A stretch of 64,000 bases of DNA from Ramazzottius varieornatus (Eukaryota > Animalia > Tardigrada), in assembly GCA_001949185.1 (NCBI GenBank), contig BDGG01000015.1, positions 5,036-69,035 of the forward strand, in the 5' to 3' direction. The position numbers were made by a program, and so were the translations under genes. The notes below the pieces were generated by a model that saw only the letters and a list, made by a program, of their open reading frames with translations, was not told the DNA's origin and made no database searches. This document shows positions 50,701-61,053 of this stretch, piece by piece (the stretch's first letter is position 1; the number at the start of each line of letters is the position of its first letter).

Positions 50701-53700
50701 TTCTACTGTGTAGAAAAGATTCGCTGTGCAGCTGATTCACGAGTCGGGAACTGTTGCTTTGAAATTCGCTTCAGAGATTGTAAAATTCCAACTGAGAAAA
50801 GAACTGATAAAACTTCTACTTTTTTCTTCTTGAACGTTCACTCATTGCTCAATCTGTTCTGCCGTTTTCAAGTGTCATTAAATTCTAGTGTCAGTAAAGA
50901 TTGATGAATGATACGCTGGATATACTATAATATGGCCGCCTGTTGGATGGATGGTTTCACTTCGTTGCTCTGCTTTTGCTGCTTTTTTCTCTTTTCTGGC
51001 TCCTTTCGGAAAGTGAGCTTTACAAAATAGGGTGTTTGCCGATGGCCGCGCGGAATGACTGCCAGTAAGGCATGGCAATGTAAAGTGAAGCAAAAGTCAG
51101 CCCAAAGAGAACATATATCGCAATTGACCCCGAACTGTAACCTAATTTAGACCGCCATCGTAAAATCACTAAACCGTCATGAAGCATTTTTCTCCTCACA
51201 TATCGGCCTGTGTCAAGTGGTTCTCGTTTAACTTGAGTATTTTTCCACATCACTTGGTTTAGTCAAGAACGAAAAATATTAGAAAATAAACAGACGAACT
51301 TTTTTTCCTGTCGAAGTATAACGCATTGCTAGTCATTTCTTCTTCGAACATAACAAGCGATATGAAAATTTCATTTCTATTCTTTTGCAGTACGGTAACT
51401 CGAATCACATGTTTTGTGTATCCTACAGAGCGAGTCGGTTTTGATGTGTCTGTGTAAGCTCTCGAACGAACTTTATAGACTACAGGAAATCGGTCAGAAA
51501 AAATGCTGCATTTATTGACCAGATTGGCCACGCTTCCAAAGTGTCATCAGATGTACCGACCGCATATATTCCGATATTTTAGTCTTTCTGTCTTTTTCCC
51601 TGCACTTCCATTTTCCGGATGAATTATTTATCGTCAGGTCATTGCATATCGTTTGGCGTCGCCATTGCGATAACAGGAAGTGTTATCAGTAGCCTGTTAT
51701 TAGTCCGCCATTTCACCACCCAGTCGTAATTAAATCAGGATAATTGCACAGCAGGGAAGTCAGGCTTATCTACCGAACAACGGATTAAAATTAAATTAAC
51801 GCTACAGTTAATTTGGCGACCTCGAAGAAGAATCACATTACACGCTCATTAGCCGAGAACTTCACAGTAGGTTTGCATTCTTCCATGTGGAAACTGTGAA
51901 ATTGGCCCATAGGCTTCAAGTGGCATTGCGACATCGGAGATGAATGTGCGGTTTACCTTGAGGAGGCAGCAAAGTGGCCTCTTGCACGTCAGATCGAGCG
52001 GAAGTACGGATTCGATATCAATGAAAACTGGCGATCATTTTAGGCATGGGCGACTTCGCAACGTCCACGCCACTCGAAGTGGGCAAAGTATCCATTCAAT
52101 GAATGTAGTGCCAGTGCGTGGCAGTTATTGCCCTACTTGACCGCTGACCATGGGATACCCTTATCTATTTCAAATTTACCAATTTTTGTTTCGTGCTCGT
52201 CTGCATGGTCAAACTGGGTCGAAGACCCTATTGTGGTCTTTTCGTTTCTCACAGTGGGCTGTGCAGATGAAGAATCACGTTTCGAGCAAGGGAACCCGAC
52301 GACCCATGGGTTGATTGACTAATCAACGGTGTCAAATGGAACGTGGGCAGGAAAGTTAACCCACCTCAGTTTATCAAGTGGCGCAAGCGCTCAGTCAAAA
52401 ACACTGAAGATGTGCGCCAATTGAAAAACATCTAACTTGGACAACATCGTTTTCCCAGAGGGCGCACTCTCTCATTTGAAAACAATGAGACTGTGTGGCA
52501 CTTAAGATACCGGTTTGGTTCAATTCATTGGCCCACGTCCCAAACGCCAGACTTCTTAACAGTGTCTGTGCGCCACTTTGCACGACTAAAAGCCAGGGCG
52601 GAGTATGCGTATGTAAAATAATTGCATAAAAAGACCATAACTCTTTTGCGCATCCCTGAGCTACCGACACAGCTGTCCAGCACCGTCTGTGTTTCTGCAC
52701 ATTTAGTTTGTGACGAAGAGACCCGGCTCTCAAGTCCAACGCTTATGGGCTCCAGTGGACAGGCAAGATTAATGTCTTTGACACGGATATTGGAACCCAT
52801 GTTTCATTGTCGAAATATCTGGCCATATTTTACAGGCAGGCTGTCGTTGTGTCGTGAGCCCATTGTGGTCCGACAAACGCTTACTAAAATGGCCACTCAA
52901 GTTGCTCTTTTGTGGCAAATTTGTTTGACTAAATGTTCCGATGAAAATATCTTGAGAAAAGTGAATGAAGGCCCAGATGACAGCTCTCAAATGACTACCT
53001 GTTGCACATATCCTTCCTCATGAAGGACCAGACAATGGATGCAGCCCATAACAATAACAATGCCGCAGTGTCTGTGACGGATATGTGACAGGTCAGACTT
53101 TGCAGATATTACAGAAAATATCCAATTCATGAGTTGACGAGGTGGATACATTATATCATGGTTACGCACTGTTTACGCCACATTCTTATTCAAACCACGC
53201 TTCGGACTGTCTATGATGGTAATCGGCATGGAGGAATATGTAGAAGGGACGAAAAAACAACATCCATAATCCTAACTCAAAAAGTGCCGCACTTACCCGT
53301 ATCCTCTGTCCATTGTATATACAATCACCTGCAAGAAAAAAACAACCGTATTGAGATAGTCACATTTTCAACACGTCTTTTGTCTACAGGAAATACAAGA
53401 TTTCTCAAACGGGTGTTGTTACCAGAAGTCTTTTTCACTTGATCCCTCCCAACTTTTCTATCGTTTCTTAGCAACATCGCTGTTCATTACGAGGATCAAA
53501 AAGTTTACTTGTTGATTTTGATTTTTGAAGTAGATTTCTTTTAGGGCCACTGAGGATTTATGTTGTCATCGTATCATGGTGTAAGCCAACACTTGGTCGC
53601 TCTGGACAAGCTGACCCAGTTGAGCTAAAGACTTGTTTTTTGATTTGTGTGCTTGTCGTTGAAACCTATAGCATATACAAGCTTGAAAGGTCGCGGATAT

Positions 53701-56700
53701 GCAGCCCTGAATTTTACTGGCAGCCTGACAGAAATGTTCCGAAGCCACCAGCAGGCTGTGGAGGCAACAGTCGGCTGCCATGGATCATGATGATATGTCT
53801 TGTCGCAGCTCGTTTGGAGATTAACGGGATCTGTTGGCAAGCCTTGCCGCTAGTTGGCGGTGTTCGTTACGTGGTGTTGACTGCTTATTAAACTGCCGCG
53901 AACGTCGTCAAGCCAACTTTTCGAGAGCATCTCTTTACGTTTGTTCCAGTTTTTTCAAGTGCTATATTCGTCGAGCCTACGCCTTTTTCCCGGTGGAAAG
54001 CCAAGCCGAGTCGCGTAGACTGTGCGAACCAAAATCTGGCTAAGTCCCAGAGTACTGAAGGTATTTTTCGAACTTGAGGTAGAAGCATTTATCGTAGCGA
54101 CAGTTCAAACATTGATGTTTCTGCTAGTTCTGAAGCTAGTTTTGGAAGAAGCATACTATGTAAAGAAAGTCCAGCGTCTTGCTTTTATCAGTGGGCGTTT
54201 TTCAGCGCCACGTGTTTTGCGTGCGGCTGAGAACTCGCAAAAGGTTACGAGGCTTAGTTGTTCAAACCGCCTTTGAAATTATCTGTTTCGGAAGCTTCTC
54301 AGCCATCTTTAGGAAACTTCGTCCAATTTGTCGAACTGTCCCGAGAACTGGGTCGCATACTGATGAAGTGAAGTGCGACTCCTTCACGTCACCGGAATGT
54401 TGACGAATAAGAATAATATACTGCCTCTTCCAACATAAATGGCAGTGAGTGGCGGACCGTGAGGAGGACAAATATGACGCCAAAGAAACAGATCAAAACG
54501 AAGCGGCGCATCGAACTCTTGGTGCGTCAAAGACATGTCAGTATAAATTAACCAGTCAGTTCAAATTAACGCCGACCTTGTGCCTTCATTGTCGATCTGA
54601 TACAATGAAGGATACAATTATGTCAGAACGGTTTAAAAAACATTGAGTCAGAGCAAAGAGTATAAACGACATAATTACAACCACCATACAACTGACCACA
54701 CTCTCTGATCAACCTCCTAAATATCAAGTCTTCTGACAAGGGCCGTCACTTCCGCTTCGCTGAATAATATCATCTGTGTTCGCCGTAGATATAAAGTTCA
54801 TCTAAATACTAATTCTTTTGTCACGAAACAAAGATAGTTTACTGCTCTTTATTTGTTAGTCAAGTCGATTCTCATTCCGGGACCAGTGGTCGGAATCGCT
54901 CAGCCTGGAGAAAAGGTCTTTTCGAGTCCTGCTGGCCAACCGATCCACAGTAATCGTATAGAGAACTGCTCGGATACCAAACCTCATGACGTCCTACCAC
55001 CGTTTGAAGACTTGCACTCAGAAAAGTAAACCCCATTGTCCTTCGCAATACAGTACATACCCATTCTTCAACCTTTTTCGCGGGGTTGGGCTGCTTTACA
55101 GGTGGCGCTTCCGTCAGAGCAGGCAGGCGCCATCACTGCTTTACCCCACCCGGTCATCGCAACCGGTTAGAGGTTTTGACTACCAAAGTGCCCTCGAAGG
55201 AGATGATTGATGAAGGAATATGACGTGAGGTAATGGAAGAGAAAGTGAAGGGGAGACAGATACAAGACCAACCGAACGGTCAGCGCTAAACGCAAAGTGC
55301 CTCACTACACCCGGAAAATTTATCGTTTTTCAGTCGGAATGATGGCCCCTTTCACCGTCAAGAGCTTTCGGAGAAGGAACGCGGCGGATACTAGGATGGA
55401 GTCATTTGCTTTACTGGGCAAATTATTACTGATAGTCGGTTCTGCTGACGGTTATTAGTTGACCATCTGCGCGTTTGGCGCGGCGCTCCACACTACGCTA
55501 ATCGCAACGGAAACAAATACTTGTCCACAGCTCGTTATCCACACTTCACATCCCCCGTTTCCCCTGCCCCTTTTACCTTTTCAGCCTGACACTGCTTCTC
55601 CAAATATTTATTTCCCATCCATTAACCCCGATCATTTTCCCGACAATTTAAGTCAAAAATCAAATTTGTGATTTAGGAAAATGACTTGAACCAAATCATT
55701 TTCCCAAGTGGCGCGCACTTCGAGCCACAAACAATGAAACCGTGCGCTACATAAGAGGACGATCTGGTTCGACTTATCTGCCCACGTCCCATTTATTCTT
55801 TCGTCTTCTTTGATGTTCTGAGATTTTGATTGAAAGATTTTGCTACACGGGATCTGGTAACGTTGAACAGATACCAGAGTCAATGAAATTGTACTTGACG
55901 GTGTTCTTCTATCCGAAAATTATCGTTTTATGGAGGGAAGGCCAAAGCAGACATTATTACAGGTTACGAAGAAGAAAGGGAGGAACTTCGAACAGAAGCC
56001 TTTTTCAGACTTTTATGAGCTGCTGGCTGTCCTTTCAAGTGTTTAGTCAGTTAACGATCTGGTTGCAAAGGGAGGCAAAAGGTGATTGTCTATCCATTGT
56101 TAGCCTTGTTTGCCTATTGTCGGAAGAAGCTACGGATCACCTCGTTAGGTCAAGAAGGGCAACAAAGAGGCTGCAGACGGATCGGTTAATTGTTTGAAGC
56201 GCCCTTGTTCACTGTGACTTTGCCTTTCATTGTTATCCTAGCTGTGTAAATCAGACAGCGCTCGTCTTTATAATAAAGATTATTCTCTGAGGCAGGTAAA
56301 ACATCCGCCGAAGATCATGCCATAAACTATTCCGCTCCAAGTTCGTGTACTCCCTGGTTTGATCTTCCTGTTTCGTGCAAAAAAGTCGGAACCGTGTATA
56401 AATTATGTATAAAATATGTAGAAAAATGGCCTACTCCATGGGAAACTGAATTGGAGAAAGTATTAGAAGATTTTTCCATTTGTGCAAGAAATGTTTATAG
56501 TTCAAAAGATGTGATCTATGACTTTCGATTTTGCAGCGAATTTGCCTGAAATTAAGCGCAAGTTTAAATACCGGTGTTAGAGCTATTACCGGGCTTTGGC
56601 TGCCTAATGAGCGTTTGGCCGTTTGCCTTTGGGATGAATGTTTCCGTCGATTGCACCTAAGCTGTACAGCTGCTTGGGCTCTGCAAACTATTTACAAAGC

Positions 56701-58926
56701 CCTGAGATCATAGCCTACATTCGACGAGCAAACAGACGCGCCGAAATTGCAGCCAGCTCTTCCATCAGAAGGTCCAGCTGTTTCTGACCGGCGAAACTCC
56801 CACCGAGATTTCAAGAGGGCGATCATGATGCGCATCAATGACGCACACGCTGCCATGTTTGTTGAGATTTTGTTTGGGTATCCATACAGCGGAGCAAAGA
56901 AACTGTTGCAGTGGCCGACGTCGCACGGCTTGAAAAAACATACACAGACGGCGGAGCGAGTCTTCAGAAAAAGCGCAACAGGCGTTCGTGGCAGGCCTTA
57001 ATGGTCCGTGCGCGCGTTTCCCATCGTTAATAACAGCTGGCATATCACTCAGTACGGCGAACGCGGAGAACCCACGTTGTCCTACTAAAAGACATTTGCA
57101 ATATCTATTTTTCATTCAAATGTGTAGGGATGGCATTTTCCGCCACGTTAATCACCGCACTGATGCATCCTTCTGTCCAGACAATTCTCGCATAATTAGG
57201 AAAGAAACGCGACGGCGCTTTGCTATATATGGCTTCCGCTCAATGGCGAGCTTTTTCGTGAGTCATGAAGTCATTGAAAGCGGCGGCGATTAGACAATCA
57301 TTGAACAGGCGACTTCGACGCAAAGCAATTCATGACGGTCTCGACGAACAAGAAAGCTATAATTTACAAAAATTTTTGGGGCAGCGAAAGTAGCATCGAG
57401 GGTCTTGTCAGTGGCGCTGCAAAAGGTTCTTGGACGAGAGTGAAGATGGAGAACTTTTCCTCTCGGGCAATTCGAATGCGACTGTATAAAACGGGGAAAC
57501 TGTTAATTTTTTGGTCCCTCTGAGTTCGACCATAAAGTAATTCAATTTATTTCGAATCAGGGAACTCTAAATTTAGCTGCGTAATATTTTGAATTGATCG
57601 AAGGGCGAACGCGAAGTTCGAAAGTGGTGACTGTAAAAACACACTTTTACGGCTCTAGTGTTATCTGAACAGAAGTCACGGTTCACATAAGACAAAGACG
57701 CCATTGGAGTATTATATGACGGATATATTTTGGCAAGGAATAACAAACTGCAAAACTGTAAGGCAAAAGACTCTTCAGGATTTTTTGTGTGGGCGACCGA
57801 AAGTCAATCTTCATGGCGGGGGGTTACCCACTGCTTATGCCTATAAATACTCGAAATATGACAAGGCAACAGTGCAACATTGAGACGGTCACTCTACTTC
57901 CGTATGGCATTGAATTATTTTGTACGTGCCTGGTGCACTCCAAAAACACAAGACCTCACGTCAAAAACACTGAGGACACACGTTTCAGACTCTGATCCAA
58001 GAAGTCACCGATTAACACCTCCCCACAAAACGCACGTTAGTTTCAAATGCTTGAAACTGGGCCCGGTGAACAATGGCCATCTTCTACGAGTTTTGCCAGA
58101 CTTGGCTTTCCGAAACCGTGTTTCTTTAGTTCTGCGGTAATTCCCTCGTCCCGAGTGTTACTGTAGCTAACGGCAAGTTCAAATATGTTAACCTGTGAGT
58201 AGAAGAGAAGGTCAAGCATGATGAGGAGGTGGTCAGAGTCATAACAAGCACTTAATCCTTTTGCGCCTTTTCCTCCCCGTATCGTTTCTTTTGCTGCCCG
58301 TCAGCTTTTTCTGGGGTAAGCAAATGAATGGAACGAAAGGCATGCCATCCAGCTTTGCAGCTTTTAGCCTTGCGTTGGTTATTTGCACCAAATACCATAT
58401 CGCATTTCAGTGGTGAGCCGGCTATTACAGGTAAGACTGCGGCGCGTAGGTCATATCCTCATCTGTCGCTTTCGCCATTTGACGGACACTTAAAACGCTA
58501 ACAGACTTGGAGTGCCGATCCTCCAAAAAGTATCCATTCCCCTCCTTGCATGAACAGCAAAAAGCCGATTGCTGACATTTTTGCAGCTGCTGCAAGAACT
58601 TCATGAGGGAATAGCGTGGGCGTGAAAAATACACCCTTTTTAGCGGCGATGGAATTCGCCAGAGCAATGCTGTAGTTGGCAGCTTGTTGGTCAGCCGCCG
58701 ATAGCAATGTGGGTTAATTTGGTCCTCGGTGGCCGTTAAAAACGTAGAATATTTCATCGCTGGTGCAATATTGCTTGTTGGTTTAGCTTCAACGCTTTTA
58801 CAGACACTTACCTTTAACAAAGACTGGTAAAAGGGCGATAAAAAGTACTCCGTGTAGTAAATAATCCACTGAGAGGAAATTCCGGACGCTGCGTACGATC
58901 TGTCTCGTGCTGTAGGCCGGCTTCAT
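38773..58926 (-). CDS. FRAS1: FRAS1-like extracellular matrix transmembrane protein (VWC-like module, ~9 CSPG repeats, 5 Calx-beta, FRAS1/FREM C-terminal region, TM, PDZ-binding GTEV*)
   Basis: Signal-peptide exon 58926-58812 and 32-bp microexon 53328-53297 (GDCIYNGQRIR) splice in phase to NDTVWQPDDCTICVC at ~49349. CSPG repeats span ~48944-44360 and five Calx-beta domains ~44360-42040. C-terminal DPLYE|LGPGRQWYLQVLYVI, GTNM, TM helix, and terminal GGTEV (vertebrate FRAS1 ends in GTEV). Confidence 0.88.
43530..43622. repeat. Palindromic element in FRAS1 intron
   Basis: caatcttgtc...tttcccaagtggcgcacgcttctagccaac...gaacgtgcgccagttaga...caatcttgc. Confidence 0.85.
52370..52580. repeat. Two to three tandem palindromic elements in FRAS1 intron 2
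   Basis: tcaagtggcgca...tgtgcgccaattga; ttttcccagagggcgcac...gtgtggcactta; ...gtgcgccacttt. Confidence 0.75.
55690..55771. repeat. Palindromic element in FRAS1 intron 1
   Basis: ttttcccaagtggcgcgcac...ccgtgcgctacata...gatctggttcg. Confidence 0.7.
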
Positions 58927-60821
58927 GTCCTCCTCATCCGATCTCCGTTTCCGCATTTTTCGCAAATGCAGAAAAACTAACAGGGACCTCCGCTGTTTCA
59001 CCTCCTGCTTTCTCGCAGCATCCGAGATTTTTTCGTAGCCACTGCAAAGACACAGCACGTGTGGACCTTCGCAAGAGTGACGTTTTTCTACGAACTTCTC
59101 CGGAAAATATGGAAAAACCCGCTACAGATAAGGACGGATAATTCAGCCGACGAGAAACCAGGCCAGGAAGTGGTTTTATCCAACAATAATTGTCCGTCAG
59201 ACACAGGTGAAAAACTGGCCACGCCCATACGAATGTTTTTCTGCTGCGTACCCGTCAGCAAAAAGAGAAGAACTCGACTAAGAAGTAGAAAACAGGGAGC
59301 CGGAGGACGCTTCTCCGAGTTTTGTGATGAGTATCGAATTCTTCGGACTGGCACGGACAAATTGTCTAGAATGTATCAAGTGAAGGGAAAACTAGTCTGT
59401 CCATTTAGCTGCTCGCGTATGGTAGTACGAAGCGCCGTACGTGTGTCATGCGGAGTGATGCATTTGTAAAGCGCGTCATACCGGTCGTCACTAAAAAGAA
59501 CTCGCCCGTTTGTATATTCTGTTCTGTGTTCGGTTATGGAGAACGTAAGTGCATGGGCCAGCCCTTCCTTCACTCTTCAATTATACGCATACCAACTTCG
59601 CTCTTGTACATCAGCGCACATTTTTCTTACGGTAGGAAAGTATCTCCGTAGAGAAATTAGCCAGACCACTTTGTACACATGTGGACTTGGCCAAAGTCTT
59701 TCCGTCAGATTAGAGCTACAAGGCCTAATCGTACTACTGTCATTAAATCCGTCAATTTCACGCTGGGGAGTCTGCCCTGCACACCTTTCACGGCCTTCGT
59801 CCTCCACCCCCAAATCTCCAACCGAAGACGACCACACCCTGCCCAACTTTATTCTCAGCAGATCTCCTTTGCTTTGCATAAAGTAATGGGACCAAATTCG
59901 AGGAAGGTTTCAGAGACCTCATATTTTCAGACCCAATCTTTTATATTGGAGAAAACTATAAGTCTCCCTGCAGTTATAAGTTGACTGTCTGAAATACAAA
60001 TGGGATCTTGCAGCAGTTTTTGAGTGAAGGACGTTCCTCTGGTTAGCTATAGTTTTCTACTGTTTCGGTGTACACCGGAGTCGGTGTGTTGTGAACGCCG
60101 AAATGGTCATAAGCATTTTTGCCCATAAAATTAAATTGAGATGGAATGAAAAAAAGGGCCATATGTATCTTTCGTATGGCGTTTAGACTGGTTGAGCGGC
60201 AGATCGAGCGGAACGTCACTTTATCTTGCCGATGGTTCGCGCTTGACCAGCTTGACCGTGCAGTATTAGATACGACTTTATGGAACCGGTTCCTCCTTTC
60301 AGCCAGCACTATCTTCCTTCCTTTCAGCTCTTTTTGGGTGCAAAAAGGCCTCATCATCAGGAAACAGTGCGATGGCTGCTTTTCCAGCCATGTAATTGTC
60401 AACATGCACACGCAATTGTAACGGAGTACGTGGGTGGTGCGAAAGATCAGGTTCAAACAGGCTGTCGTTCGCGGTCGAGTTGACCGGACACCAACAGCCC
60501 ACGCGTGGCGCTACCTTTTTGTCGTAAAAGCTATTTACCACAGATTTTAATTCTCGGGCCACGGGCAAGCTGACCGCAGGATGAAGATTGTATTGACGGA
60601 AACGCAACGAGCCATTCCACCCACACTTTTTACATGTATCAGATATTGCGTCCACCTTGACTGCGGTATTCTATTGCAGAATGACAATGCGTCTCCGCAA
60701 GTATCTGGCGAACGAGCTGGCAGCAAAATAAATACTTTTGATGGGCATCCAGCTTGGGACTCGGAGCGAAACGATCGGGAGCTATTCGGCACCCTAGTCT
60801 TTGATCCAGGTGTACCATCCG

Positions 60822-60881
60822 TCCCAGATAGCATGGTGGTGAGTATCCGCCTGTCACGTGGAAGACCATCGATTCCCGGAG
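60822..60881 (+). pseudogene. Degenerate tRNA-Asp(GTC) copy
   Basis: tcccagatagcatggtggtgagtatccgcctgtcacgtggaagaccatcgattcccggag matches the intact tRNA-Asp nearby, with deletions in the anticodon stem, T arm and acceptor stem. Confidence 0.8.
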
Positions 60882-60981
60882 ACTCGATATACTGTTTGTT
60901 TTTTAACTTATGTTACTTCCTTGTGTGATAGTAATCCCTGCCCGTATCTGCCACTTACCACCTGAGAAAAAGCCAAAAAGT

Positions 60982-61053
60982 CTCCCAGACCGGGAATCGA
61001 ACCCGGGTCTTCCACGTGACAGGCGGAGATACTCACCACTATACTATCTGGGA
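60982..61053 (-). tRNA. tRNA-Asp (anticodon GTC)
   Basis: Reverse complement reads TCCCAGATAGTATAGTGGTGAGTATCTCCGCCTGTCACGTGGAAGACCCGGGTTCGATTCCCGGTCTGGGAG. Perfect acceptor stem, GTTCGA T-loop, CTGTCAC anticodon loop, followed by oligo-T Pol III terminators. Confidence 0.96.
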
